Assembly: GCF_963853765.1 (NCBI RefSeq)
Contig: NC_088856.1
Location: forward strand, 22,630,001 to 22,694,000
Length of the DNA: 64,000 nucleotides
Reading direction: 5' to 3'
Source of the DNA: Magallana gigas
Taxonomy: Eukaryota
Shown here: piece after piece, positions 50,822-64,000 of the stretch
Numbering within the stretch: the stretch's first letter is position 1
Layout of the letters: every line of letters starts with the position of its first letter
Notes under the pieces: generated by a model
What the model was told of the DNA's origin: nothing
The model's input: only the letters and a program-made list of their open reading frames with translations
The model's database searches: none
Made by a program: the position numbers and the translations under genes

Positions 50822-53024
50822 AGGGGGCGCTACATGTAACATGCCTCACTCGGACCGTACACTATCTGGTAGATTGAACAGTTTAGGCTAATACATGTAC
50901 ATGTAAACATTATTGATTTCCACATTATTTTTTATAATTACATGTTCTAGAGGATACAGTACAAGAAAATACGAAGAAATTGGATGCTTTAAAAATTATA
51001 AAGTAGGTGTCACTCACAATAAAGAGGAGTTACGCTTAAAGCATGTATAAAAATGCAGAACAAATCACGAATTTGAAATATAGAGAAATTTCAAAATTTC
51101 AAATTTCAAAGTAGAGAGGTGGTCGAAGCATTTTTATCATTTACTGTTGATATAGAATCATCTCAAGTATTATTTATAGAACTCACCTTAATAACACCCA
51201 ACCAAACCCATGATTGGACTTTCAGAAATATAAACCCGAGCCCAGCGTTATAAAGCGGATAGGGAGACCTACCCTTATCACTTTGTGTCTTGTAGTGCTT
51301 ACTGGTTTATATGTTGCATGAAGGATTAAGAAATTTCATTATCTGTATATTTTGACAAATATTTAGTAAATGTTTATTCATCAACAAATGTTCACACATG
51401 TGCATGCGCACGTCCTTCTATTGTATATTATAAATTCAATTAAACTTCTTAATATTTATTTCTGATAAAATCATATCGTCACCATATTACATCTACGAGA
51501 GTCAATCAAAAAATACGAAGACAATGTTGCTGTGTATCATATATTTTTCATGAAAATCATACTTAACAGATTAATCTGTGCACCAACACTTATGTTATTG
51601 ATATGCGAAGTTTTAGTCCATTTGATGAATCGGTATTTTTGTTACTCCTTCTTTAAAACAACATGTTTGTCACCACGGCACACGGTAACGTTCAAAACAT
51701 GACGTCAAGATTAAACACGCACAGTTTATAGATATACCGCATCTTTATATCACACTTAGTCTCTTGTGCCTTTCTCCTTACAATTTTAAATGGCACTGAA
51801 CCACATAACATCTTATTTACACACATTTGTTCGAGAATCGTTATTTAGTTCTTCAAAGTTTTCATTTTCTAACCGTGTATCTTTTAGTTTACAGTAAGGA
51901 CAACCCTGAACGTCGGTTGACATTACTTATTTTTAGACCATCTATTTACCATATTCTACTCTCTTTTAGACTGTTTTATATTCCAAATACAATAACCACC
52001 ACCCCCACAAAATTTATTACAGTTAAACACAAACTTGCAAATAATCGTTGACTTGTTTTTTGCACCATTGAGCATTTTCACAGCAGGTATCGGCTTTTCC
52101 TGAGTTAAATCCATTTTATTTTTACTTCTCGTTGCGCCCGGACGTCCGGCGACGTCGAACTTTTTAGTCAATTCTAAAGAGGACTATCTGTCTTTATTAA
52201 CCAATATCTGTTCGACAGCACGGTATATCCCGTCATTATTTGGAACATAGAATACCATGACTATACTTCATTTGAGGTTTCAATATAATTTGGTTTTAAG
52301 CCCAGTTTAAAGAGATATTAATTTCAACATTATATGGTTTATTGGTGACATAACACTAATTTTGACCGTTCGCCGTATCCTCATTTTTACAGGATTAGAT
52401 TCTAAATAATTCTTAAAAATAAAGTAATTTATTAACTTTTTTTCTTGTAAATTGTTTAAAACTATTGCTAAATTATGTTTACCAAATTTAGTAATGATAT
52501 GACGTTAAGTAACATAGCTATGACAAAAGTCTTCGTAGTTTTTGATTGACCCTCGTATGTATGAAAAGTCATTATATATTCATTATACCTAGAAAAAAAT
52601 AAGTCTATTTAGTGCGTCATCTGATTGGTCATATGCTTGGTCTAGAGAGTCACGTAGGAGGGTGACAATACAATGTGTCTCCCGAAAATTACATAACATA
52701 TTCCACCTTTTCGTAAACCTCTTGATTTTTCTTTCTATTTCTGGAAAAATGCTAAGATGACCATCGACGAAATTTAAATTCCATTCAATTTAAAATATTT
52801 AAAAGTTTTAAATCTCATGTCATATCATTAAATACTTTTAAAATAAAATGTTCGTAAAAAGGAGTAACATTTTCATAGAAATTGAAACATTCACAAAATA
52901 TTTGCTTTTTTTTAGAGTTATTAGCTATTAGCTAAAAGCTATTAGAACTCAAAGTAATTTGTATCAACGTGTGTTTTTCGGTATACACGTACAGTCGGTT
53001 CAAGCATATCTTTTACAACATACA

Positions 53025-53445
53025 TCATAGCATAGCATAGCATTGAAAACTCATAGCATAGCATTGAAATCTCATAGCATAGCATTGGAATCTCATACCA
53101 TAGCATACAATCTCATAGAATCGCATTCGTTATATCATACCATAGCATACGATCTCATAGCATACAACATTCTTTTAACTCGGCTTTAAATGTTTTTATT
53201 TGAAAAAATAAATGTTTACATAATAGATTTGTTGTAAACTTTGGCTTCTTATTATTTTACTTCGAAATGTGTAGAACTCTTCTGTGTATGGAGGCGTTTT
53301 TGTTCAAATCTCATAGCATAACATAGCATACCATATCATTAAGCCCTTCATTTCAATTTCTCATAGCATAGCATACAAATCTCATAGCATAACATACAAA
53401 TCTTATAGCATATCATTAAAATCGCATACCATAGCATAGCATAAA
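53025..53445. repeat. CATAG/ATAGC-based minisatellite in two blocks (53025-53165, 53309-53445)
   Basis: Units such as CATAGCATAGCATTGAAATCT. Confidence 0.85.
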
Positions 53446-55097
53446 TTTGTAAAAGATATGCATGAAATGACTGTAATAACGATTTATTGCATGAATGTTT
53501 AGGAGGAATAAAGATTTATTCCCCCAATAAATAAACATTTTCAAAGGTTATCACCCAGAGTATTTCTAAATTTCTGTAAAAAAAAAAACACCAAACAAAA
53601 CAAACTATTAGGTCAAAAGAAAGCTAACGAAAACAACAAGATCTTCGGTTTATAACGGAAGACCCTAATGAAATTAAAAAAAAATAAAAAACGTTACGGT
53701 TATAATAAAAAGAAAAGAAAGTATAAAAAAACGAAAAAAAAATCATCTCCTGTTGATGTCACGTTATCAGAAAAAAAATATAACTTTTTGGGAGATATAA
53801 AACTTTTTTCGTTAATTTACAAATATTTACATAGCAATTTTGTAGGAAAACAACACATGCCGTTGTTGCTATGTAAATATTTACACAAGCTGCTGTTCTT
53901 AAAAAAAGGACACCAATACGTTGACCATGTGTTTTTAACGAAAACGTAAAAGCCCTAAGATTATCAGAGATTCCTCCGACTCTAGTCCCCTACTTTTAAC
54001 CACTAAATTTGTACGTTGTATTGCGTATATGTATAGCCTTTACTTTTTATCTCAAAAGTTTAAAGGGTTCATATTTCTAAAATAATTATGATCTATATTA
54101 ATGAAGACTGCATGTATAGTATCAGGCATTCTGCGAATTCTTCTATTTGCGCACACATTATGCTTCGTACTTCTTTGTTAACTATGCAGTGACAGCTTTG
54201 TGTATATTAATTGCATATTTTGATGCATTTTTCTTGAGATTTTAACTTTTATACATTTTTATTCAATCATCTATTATATACAGTTCCAAAATTAATTACT
54301 CATACTTAAATGCTTAAGAATGTTTAATCGGGAAGTTCTCTAGCCTTCCTACTATAAAAGTATAGTTAAGCTACATGTGTATTCGGAAAACAACAAAACG
54401 TTGCAAATTATGCTATTTGATACCTTTTGTAGTTTTGGCATAACTTATTTACTTATTTCAAAATAGTGAAGTTCATATCACATGCTGATCATTTCTTTAA
54501 AAGGAATTCTTTGTTTCTGTACTGTTTACCGACAACTTTGAACGTACGTGTGCATATGGCATGGAATCCCGATCTCGATTTAGATAAACGTGTGCTAGCC
54601 CGGTTCCCAGAGCTACCAGTTACGCACAGGAACCAGGCTAGCACATGCGCAGGCTGAATTGTCCCCATAGCATCCGGTTTTACTTCGCTTATATATTTTC
54701 TGCGTCGACCTCAGGATGAGGTCAGGTGTTTACAAGACTAGCCAAGGAAAGGAACATTTTACTCCGAAATTGCCATGATGGAACGCAAAGGTTTGTTGTT
54801 AAATTTATCATTAAAGTAGTGAAAACTATTTTGTCTTTTAGAATTATTTCAAAAACAATTAAATCAATCGCCATTGAAAACTTGATCAGGCCATTTAAAA
54901 CATCTAAATTTAAAAAAATAAATAATATATGAATGCGACAGAAAGTTTCAGGTAACTCTTTTGACAATTTAGATTATATATAATATATTTAACGATTCAT
55001 TAAACAATATTTATTGCAATGCTTGTTAATCATCGTTAAATGATCAATTTTTAGAAACTCAAAACTATCCCAAAAAGATGTAAATAAAATATACCAA

Positions 55098-56762
55098 ATG
55101 CATTGTGCCGAGGCTAAAATACAGTGTCATCTCTGTGAGACCACGGATCCCCCTCTACACTGTGACATTTGTGATATATATCTGTGTAAAAAATGTGTGG
55201 GGGAACATTTCACAGATGTTTCCAAAGAACACAAAGTGGTGCAAATTGAACAAAAAGGATCAACTTCTATATGTCAGAAACATTTTCAAAATATATGTTA
55301 TCTTTTCTGTGAACAATGTGACATTCCTATTTGTACACTCTGTGTACATGCTGGTGAACATTTAGGCCACATACAAGTTAACATTAAGTGGAAAACTATA
55401 GAAACACTGAAAGAACCTTTACAGAGAGATTTAAAGGAACTAAAGGAATCTATTTATCCTAAATATAAAAAGATTGCATCTGGCATCCCAATTCAGAAAG
55501 CTGGTTTAAAAGAAAACTCGCAAAAATTTACATCAGCAATCGAACAACATGGAGAAAAATTGCATAGAGAAATAGACGATATTATCAGTGAATTGAAATC
55601 TGATTTTCTTGAAATGGACTCTAAATGCGAAGATGTCCTTAGCAAACAGGAAGATGAAATCACACGCACAATATCTAAAATCAAACAGGCTATTGCTGAT
55701 CTGGAGATTGTGATAAACTCTGATGATGTCGCTATAGTCTCTACCTACAGGTCAAGGAATGCTGAATTCAGAAAATTGCCTCCAAAACTCATGGTTTCAC
55801 TAGCGAGTTTCACTCCTCTAGAGGCTAACAAAAAACAGATTTTAAAGCAGCTGGGATATCTGTCTGTTTTATCTTTTAATAAAGAGGAACATGGCGACAT
55901 AAAGGATTCTCCAGATGATGAATCTTCTCCCTTAGATAGAAAGCTCATTGATGAACCAAATATAATCACAGACATAAACGCCAAGCATGGAGATGGTGAA
56001 TTACGCGGTGTGGCGTGTCTGACTGATGCGCAAATATGGACATGTGGTCAGGACAACATCTTGAGACTCTACAGCCTTCAAGGGGGAATATTGAGGTCGA
56101 TCCAAACTAGGTCAGGAAACCATCCATCGGACATAGCGGTGACAAGGAATGGGGAATTAGTTTATACGGATTACATAGATAGAACTATTAACATAGTTAA
56201 AAATGAAAATGTAGAAACATTGATCAGACTAGTTAACTGGAAACCCCTCCGTGTCTGCTGTACCTCCTCTGGAGAGCTTCTGGTTGTCGTGGACAGCGAT
56301 GATGGTAAACAAACAAAAGTTGTGAGTTACATTGGCTCCACAGAGAAACAAAGTATTCAGTATGATGAAAGCGGAAAACCACTCTACTCACCTGGTGGCA
56401 TGAAATACATTACTGAGAACAGAAACCAAGATATATGCGTTACAGACGAAAAAGCCCAAGCAGTAGTTGTGGTCAATCGGGCTGGGAAAAGCAGGTTTAC
56501 CTACACCACACTACCTAATCCTCCAGAGGGAGGTTTTCATCCCTACGGCATTGCTACAGATAGCCAGAGTCGAATCTTGACAGCAGTCTATGACACGATC
56601 TTTGTCAGGATCCACATCCTAGATAAAGACGGACAGTTCCTCCGTTACATTGATAATTGCGATTTAGATGTTCCGTCGGTTTTATGTACGGACGGCAGAG
56701 ACAACCTCGTCGTTGCTGCGAGCAGAACAAAGAATGTTAAGAAAGTCCAGTATTGTATGTAA
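55098..56762 (+). CDS. RING-less TRIM-like protein, 554 aa: two B-boxes, coiled coil, NHL beta-propeller (TRIM2/3/71-like, bivalve-expanded type)
   Basis: Uninterrupted ORF. B-box1 CHLC...CDICDIYLCKKC..EH...H and B-box2 CQKH...CYLFCEQCDIPICTLC...EH..H are followed by a heptad-rich helix. C-terminal NHL repeats include PSDIAVTRNGELVYTD and PYGIATDSQSRILTA. A non-coding upstream exon cannot be excluded. Confidence 0.9.
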   Translation: MHCAEAKIQCHLCETTDPPLHCDICDIYLCKKCVGEHFTDVSKEHKVVQIEQKGSTSICQKHFQNICYLFCEQCDIPICTLCVHAGEHLGHIQVNIKWKTIETLKEPLQRDLKELKESIYPKYKKIASGIPIQKAGLKENSQKFTSAIEQHGEKLHREIDDIISELKSDFLEMDSKCEDVLSKQEDEITRTISKIKQAIADLEIVINSDDVAIVSTYRSRNAEFRKLPPKLMVSLASFTPLEANKKQILKQLGYLSVLSFNKEEHGDIKDSPDDESSPLDRKLIDEPNIITDINAKHGDGELRGVACLTDAQIWTCGQDNILRLYSLQGGILRSIQTRSGNHPSDIAVTRNGELVYTDYIDRTINIVKNENVETLIRLVNWKPLRVCCTSSGELLVVVDSDDGKQTKVVSYIGSTEKQSIQYDESGKPLYSPGGMKYITENRNQDICVTDEKAQAVVVVNRAGKSRFTYTTLPNPPEGGFHPYGIATDSQSRILTAVYDTIFVRIHILDKDGQFLRYIDNCDLDVPSVLCTDGRDNLVVAASRTKNVKKVQYCM

Positions 56763-58695
56763 AACTTAACTGTGTATATACAAACCCACGTACGTCTGAA
56801 CTTCCTATGAACAGTTCTATATTTTGAAAATATTAATTGAATGCTTTATTAGGTAGTTTTTGTTTGTAAAGGATTGCAAACTTCATAAGAAGAACAGCCA
56901 GCATGTCTTTTTAATGATTGTATTCCAAAAAGCTCATGTGATCTATCAAAGAAAACTTGGTAATATTTTTAGCGAGTGGGTCTCGCCAACTCGTGTTTCA
57001 AAAAAAAGAAGAAATAGATTGACTGTATTCTAGAATTCTTTCCCTCTAAGTAGACAGAAGACTGGTTACCGAATACCCAGAAGTTTTAGATTTAAAAGAT
57101 TAACTTGTATTGGGTAACGCACAAGCATTGTTTAAAATCAAGATAACTATATTATACATTATTCTTTTGTGTATCGTCGAGATACCTAAACAAAGTATGA
57201 ATAATGAATTTGACGCTCCAATGATCCCGCTGCATTTCCCGCTTAAAATGTAGAGTTCGTTCATTTTTCTTCATAATGCATGTACTGTAACTACGTGAAG
57301 ATATGTACACATCGCCTTTGAAGTGTAAACAACGACCCGGTGGCTGACATTATTGCTAATTATTTAAAACGTAGATAGAGATTGTGGACTTGCTTTACCG
57401 CCATACCTTTTCAAGCAAAAAGCACAGAACAAAATAACAGGTTTAATTTTAACTATACTGCTACATTATTTTGTTATGATTACTAACAAAGTAAACAGTT
57501 ACAGAAGATGTCCTTAAATGACATGCGACATTATCTCAAAGCATTTTTTTTTTAAATTTAAGCAATATTCGATTTCTTAGTACGGCATATGGGATACTAA
57601 AATTCAACATGTAAGCACCAAAAATAAGTGTATTTTAAATAGGCGCCGTTCTGTTTATCAGCAGTTTTCATATATACTTTTACTCTGAAGCGAATTTGCT
57701 TTGAGGAAATTGGCAATAGATCTAGAGTGGGTGTGATTTAAAGTGTTTTGCTAATGTAGAGATAATAAAGTTTGGCATCTGACTTGGCTAGGTAGTTTCT
57801 GTAGCACTTGCAACAAAGCATAGCCTTTGCAGATTGTAACTGGGTCGTTTGTAATTCAAAATCCGTTCCTGTCATGTAAATTGATTGCCTTAGTATGACG
57901 CCCAATTACATGTACATGTATTAGGTAGCACACGAGGGAGGAAGCTGTTTTTTTTTCATTTAACCTTCATGTTGACCCCGGAAAGGGATACAATTCAATC
58001 CGCTATTTGCAAAGTGTGAGTTGGTCTATTAAACAAGAATTCACGAGACACATTTTTATGTACGAGTTGGTGAGTTAATCATGAAATTGACCTTCACATG
58101 TTAAATTAACAGTTGCGTAACTAAAAGTGTTGTTGTGAGCTTGCATAGTATTTTTCGAATACTTGAACAATTCAGAGTATAAAATATTGCATTTCTGGAA
58201 GATCAAGGTCACGACAGGAGCATACAGGTTTCTGTTTGAGATATGATTTTTAATGATGCTTCATAACAATAGCTTGGTTAATAAGGTATACCTGAGCATT
58301 TTTAGACAAACAAGATGATAAACTCTTATTTTGTATTGTCTTTTTAAATGAATTATGAAAAAAATCAGTTACAGATCTCTCTATTTATGACGTATAAAAT
58401 ATATTAAGAATGTGCACATACTTGCAAACGATATGTAAAAAGCTTTTGACATCTTCGTCAGAAAAATGTGCTTAGAAAAAAGATATATCAAATCAATTAT
58501 ACTGAAATAATGGATCTACAACCAAAAGAGGCACGCTTTAAACATTGACCTGATCTTGACCTTATGAGTAGTCTATTGTTTATATTTTGTACATTTGGTT
58601 TTGTTTTTCTTTTGTTTCTTTAATTTGTTTAGGATATCAAGTCTAACAATTTTTGTATGTTTGAAAACAATATACAGATATGTTTAGTTTGTTAA

Positions 58696-59171
58696 AGGGA
58701 CATGGTTACGATTTTGGTCAATTCTTTTTTTCTGTTTTTATTAATTACAATGCTTAAGAAATGCATTTCCAATGATCAAACGAAATTAAGAGTCATTTTG
58801 AGAGTTATAAACAAGATACAGGACTCACAATTCTTTGTCGTGTAATGGTTTATGTCCTGTTTTTGTTTACATTGGTTTAATTTAACAGCAAAAAATCTTT
58901 TTCAGGGTGATTTGCCAATTTTTTAAAATTCATTTTAAGCATTAATAAACAGTTTCTTACGTCTAACACATTCATTTTTGAATTTTCACTTCAACGTTCA
59001 AAATGTACACAAACGCTTTGTTTATATAGAAAAGAATTTTATGCTCTGTAATTCGCTTATAACTCAACAAATGGTAATCAAACTTCGGTTGCATCAGAAT
59101 GCATTACTGAAGCGTTGTAAATATTAAAATTGGAAAAGTGATTTTTGACCAAAATGGTGACCCTGCCCCCC
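58696..59171. mobile_element. About 480-bp MITE (GGGRCATGGTCACGATTTTGGTCAA family)
   Basis: Left TTAA|AGGGACATGGTTACGATTTTGGTCAA and right TTTGACCAAAATGGTGACCCTGCCCC. Family members at 60801-61289, with fragments at about 14420, 26910, 29800 and 36385. Confidence 0.75.
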
Positions 59172-60800
59172 TAATAAATAGTATTTTTAATGTAATGATG
59201 ATATTTATGTATGTAGTGCTTGTTTCGTGAATGGTCAAATTTATTTAGAAATGACCTATTGTATAACAAGAAAATCTTGCACATAGTTACGTATTTTAGC
59301 GCAATCACAAAAGCCAGTACATTGGCGCAATTAAATTTTAGTGCACACACCTTTTTTTTTAAATAAAAAGGATGTTCTTGTTTGCTCGATTATGTCCAAA
59401 TTGAGTTCTGTGTTCATTCAAGCACCTGAATTATCGACTTTGATTTTTGTTGTTGAGAATAATACATTTACTCTAGTCTAAATTTTGAGTAGATAGCAAT
59501 AAAAACCTTCTTTATTTAATTATGACGATGACGTATAAATTTTGTTGGCGAACAAATTTGAGTAATCGGAAAATGAATTAAATTTCTTTCATAACACTTA
59601 AAGAGTCTCGAAACTTTAAGTGAGGGAAATCGAATGCTACCGTAAGTTTCGATCATCAATGGCAATTCTATTTCACACAACTTTTTATTAACGAAGCAAA
59701 ACAAGCTATCGTCTTACTGTGTTTATCTTTAAATTCACTAATCAGATATCAAAGAAATTACGATCAATCATGTATGCCAGTGTGACGATCGCCACGCTTG
59801 ATTACATTTTTACGTCGAGGCGCTAAAGAAAAATGACGATGCCAATTTTTAAAGTGCTTATTAGAGATACTAAAAAGCAATTAAAATTGTAATCAATTCA
59901 TTGTGAGTCAGAACCTACCCGATAACCCACACCATTTACCATTTTGTGTAATTGTGTAATTAAACAGAATCGACGCCATCCCTGACACGTAAACGACTAC
60001 TTCTACATCTAAAAAAAGAACTGGAGTTATTGTTTTGCATCAAAAAGATATTGATGATTGGAAAAGCGTTTACGTACTATTTTTTTAGCGCTCAAAGGCA
60101 GTTGCACCAGAGAGGCTTAAATTTGTTGTGCACCATATTTTCTTGTTTTTTTTATAGTATTTAATGTTTGGTGTGATGCTTTCTATTCAAATTTTCTCAT
60201 ATAAATTTTTTTAATATTTCCTTTTCTCTTTTTTTCTTTTTTACGAATTCTCCCTAAAAACAAATTAAATTAAATTAATTTTATTAATCTTTTATGTCAT
60301 TTGAAGTGACATAGTGACTCAGGAAAGAGGTTCTACTTTTAAATTATGACAACGGAGAAAAATAAAAAATAAAAAAATGGTTGATCATACGGAAGGTTTC
60401 AGGCAGTATATTTCATCATCTACAAGTTTGCAAGTTGTCAAAACTCATCAAGAATTTCACATGTAAATTAAAACCGAGTTGTTTTTGAAATTGATTTGAG
60501 TGTCACATGATTGAAATTGCTGTCAAAATAGTTACAGTGTCGAAGCACTGAGACGAAAATTGAAATTTAAAGTTAAACGATGTCTGTGGAAATAAATGTG
60601 CATTAATAGAGAGAGCATCGTAAAAAATATACAAATGACATTCATCATTGAAGTTTTTGGGTTTCTCTGAGAGTTGGCGATTACATGATGCATGACATGC
60701 TGTAATTTTTACAATATATGCTCTTGCGTGATTATAAAGCGAAAGGAAAATTTTAAATTAATATTTATGTTCTGGGCCAACAAATATATCTTTTTTCCCC

Positions 60801-61289
60801 TTATGAGGCATGGTTACGATTTTGGTCAAATTAATTTTTTCTATTTTAATTGTTTACAATGTTAAAAAATGCATTACTTCTGAATAACCAAAATTTGAGT
60901 AACAGCCGTAGAGTTATTAACAAGATACAGAGCTTACTATTCTTTGTCGAGCAGACCAGGTTCATGTCCTGTTTATGTTTACATTAGTCTAATATACCAG
61001 TAACAGTTCTTTTTTTATCTTTTAATTCTTGTTAAGCATAAATGAACAATTCCTAACGTTTTTCATTTTCATTTTAGGTCTAAAACTGTAGGTTTTGCTT
61101 CAACATTAAAAAAAAAAAAACCATGACGTACATTGTTTACATAACAGAGAATTGCAAACTTTTCATTTCGTTTAAAACACGGCGGCTGACATTCAAACTT
61201 ATGTTGACTATTAAAAATGCCTGTTTTGAAGCATTGTAAGCATTAAAAACGGGGAAAATATTGACAAAAATCGTGACCATGTCTCTTTA
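60801..61289. mobile_element. Second copy of the 480-bp MITE family
   Basis: GGCATGGTTACGATTTTGGTCAAA ... TTGACAAAAATCGTGACCATGTCTCTTTA; the interior is colinear with 58696-59171. Confidence 0.75.
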
Positions 61290-61345
61290 TTACTGTTTTT
61301 TTTAATTATAAATATATATTTTTTATAAGTATCTTTTCATATGTA

Positions 61346-62443
61346 AACAAGAGGCACATGGGCCTTGACGGTCGCCTGAGTACCATAGTCCTTAGTTTGA
61401 CATGTCAAAGTCTTATGTTTGCATTTTAAGCCTCATTAAAAATAAAACCCTTATATATCGACACTCCTCTGACTGATGCCTTACTTATTATTTGATGTTT
61501 AAAAAGAATTAATTCATAAACATTTGTGTGTTTGTGTGAGTGTGTGTGTGGGGGTGGGGGGGGGGGGGGTGGGGGGCTGCGTGAGTCAGAGGAATCAGAG
61601 GAAATTTAGGGGCCAAAAATTGTAAACTTTTGGTCATGAACGACCATTAGCTATAGGAATTCAAAAGTCTTTCTTTAGTGATATTTACATTTTCATTCAT
61701 AATGCACTCAGAATGCATACAGGTTTTTTTCTACAAATATCCAATGCACAGGATATTAAAGTAAATTTCCTAAAACTGAGCAAATTTTCAATTTAATCTT
61801 TACGATCAACAATTGGCCATGTTGTTTTCAAGATGAAGTTAAAATTGTGAACCCCTGATCCTTGGACCATAAATTTCACAATTTTGGTAAAAGGTTTCAC
61901 GGACATCATAACCTTGCATATAGTTATTTTCCCAACATGTGTGGGATTAGAGAAGAAGAGAAGAAGATTTTTTAAGATTTAATACAATTTTACCATATGG
62001 CAATATAGTGCCAAACGTAGGACCTGAACCCCTGACCCTAGAACCATGGATTTCACAAATTTGGAAGAGGGCTTCATTGACATCATAACCAAGCTTGAAG
62101 TTTTTTCCCACATGTGAGGAAGAAGAGAAGTAGATTTTTCTAAGTTTAAATACATTTTTACTATACCGGGTATGGCCATTTTAAAACTTTAATTAAGGGC
62201 TTTATGGAAAATATAACTATGCATTTGGGTTTTTCCTACATATGTGGTAGTAGAAAAGCAGAATTTTGAAATTAATTTGTTGTGCATAGTTGCTTGTTTT
62301 GCATATTTGGTCCCGCCTGTGGCTCCCCGAGGTGGTAAGGCCATCAATTTTACAATTTAGATTCCTCTTACCAAATAGATAATTCACAAAAATGGTAACT
62401 ATTGGCCTTGTAGTTTTTAAGAAGTGACTTAGGTGACCTAAAA
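61346..62443. mobile_element. Helentron/HINE-like non-autonomous element with internal repeats of about 170-180 bp
   Basis: Starts AACAAGAGGCACATGGGCC and ends GGTGACCTAAAAA. Internal units repeat (AACCCCTGA at about 61849 and 62027), and there is a GT/G microsatellite at 61525-61575. Confidence 0.7.
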
Positions 62444-64000
62444 ATATAGAAATCGTGTAAATATTCGATATTTGGTAAATCATAGACTGTTAGCCACTAT
62501 CTATACTCATTAATGAACACAGTTCGCCAATTAACTACGAAATACCTGCATTACTGTTCAGTGTATCTGCTGACATCTCTGGTATTTCAAATTTGTGAGA
62601 CGATGTCCGTAAAATATCGTTGAATTTTACCATTAAGCAATTACTGAGAAATAAATATAAAAAAATCTTTAATTTTCCATAAACCAGTGCGAAATTGGTA
62701 AAATGAGAGTAAGGCGGTGAACACGCTTTGGCGAATTCAAGTCAGTTGGAGTTCGCATCAAGGTATATACTTGCAATAAATATCAAACACTTTTGTAAAT
62801 ATTGAATATATTTTTTTTACTGGGAACATATTTAGAGAATAAAAAGAAATTAAGAAATGACAACTGGTGAATGAATCAAATGAGTCAGTTGGTTTCTTGT
62901 ATGCGTGATTTCAGTTTTGATGGGAAGAACTTTCCAGAACGGGGTAACCTAGATCGCATGTTGACTAATCAATAGCATCTTTGGTTTAATCCAAAAATGT
63001 TGAATAATAAAATGGACCATTTGGAATTCGAAAGCGCGATTTTAAGTTTCATGGAGAGAACGTCCCAGAACGGGCTGAGTTGACTAATAAACATCATTAT
63101 GGAAATTTTAAGGGGCGTTCTCATGCCTCGAGCAGACTGGGATCTGACACCTTTGATTTATAAATATACAAAAAAATGCATGCACTTGCGTTTAAGATAA
63201 CACATTTTTATACCACGNNNNNNNNNNNNNNNNNNNNNNNNNNNNNNNNNNNNNNNNNNNNNNNNNNNNNNNNNNNNNNNNNNNNNNNNNNNNNNNNNNN
63301 NNNNNNNNNNNNNNNNNNNNNNNNNNNNNNNNNNNNNNNNNNNNNNNNNNCAGATTTGGTTGACAATTCTGCGTGTATTTGAATAAAAGTTCTACACATA
63401 AAAAGGGACGTAGCATAACTTCATAGATAATTTTTCAAAACAGACTTTTATCTGAAATTCTTATTTATTGTGTATTATATACATAAAACAGTATATAAAC
63501 TATAGTAACATTTTTGCAAGCACATTGAGCTCATTTTCGTAGGTAAAAAATAATATTTTTATCGCGATTTAACGCGAAACTTTCCCGAAAAAAACCTGTA
63601 ACTTTAGCAATATAAAGATAAATGATGTGATGTCGTACCTCCTTCTCTACTTAATTGGGAACATCTAACAGTTTTATGAAGTTTAATCGGATTTCTTTAT
63701 ATCTATATACATGTATATAAAAGATAATTTTGTTTTGATAAATCAACCTAAATTGGATGATTTGATAAAAAATGAATAATAAGTATTTATTTCAAATTAA
63801 AATATAGTGTTTTCAATCATTGTTCTTCGAATGGGGTCCTTGTATGAAATTACAATATTTATATTAAAGTTTTGTGTTTGTTTGTTTGTTGGGTTTTTTT
63901 TGCCATTATTTTACCTACTAAAATGAGCTCAATGGGCTTTCATAGAATATAGAAAAGAGATCCTACTTACTATAAATCCCCTCCCTTTCAAAAAAGCTAC

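Noticed and set aside
53668-53949. Lys-rich 93-aa ORF
   Set aside because: Product of A-rich low-complexity repeat sequence.

Overview
Eukaryotic, AT-rich, repeat-dense genomic DNA with four N gaps. The gene families and repeat types point to a bivalve, most likely an oyster (inference). The left 45 kb holds a minus-strand tandem cluster of secreted C1q-domain (C1qDC) genes. Each has three coding exons: an ATG-only exon 1, an exon 2 encoding a signal peptide plus a C-x8-C motif (CREIGWEP[TS]C), and an exon 3 encoding the gC1q domain. Copies, labelled here: A (partial, cut by the window edge), B (pseudogene), C and D (intact), E (orphan exon 3 with a nonsense codon), F (intact ORF but broken exon-1 donor), plus two decayed exon-2 relics. 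A tandem segmental duplication (about 14.27-29.66 kb vs 29.66-38.44 kb) appears to have made D as a C/E chimera and also duplicated a decayed plus-strand sushi/CCP gene. One unit carries a 4.9-kb TTAA-flanked Kolobok-type transposon encoding a degenerate transposase fused to a DEDDh exonuclease. An invariant 11-mer with overlapping MRE and XRE cores lies upstream of all five C1qDC starts. Also present: a single-ORF RING-less B-box/coiled-coil/NHL gene (55098-56762), nested MITEs, TTAA-MITEs carrying tRNA-like A/B boxes, a Helentron-like element, a LINE fragment, satellite-like arrays and microsatellites. All coordinates were read by hand and no database searches were run.
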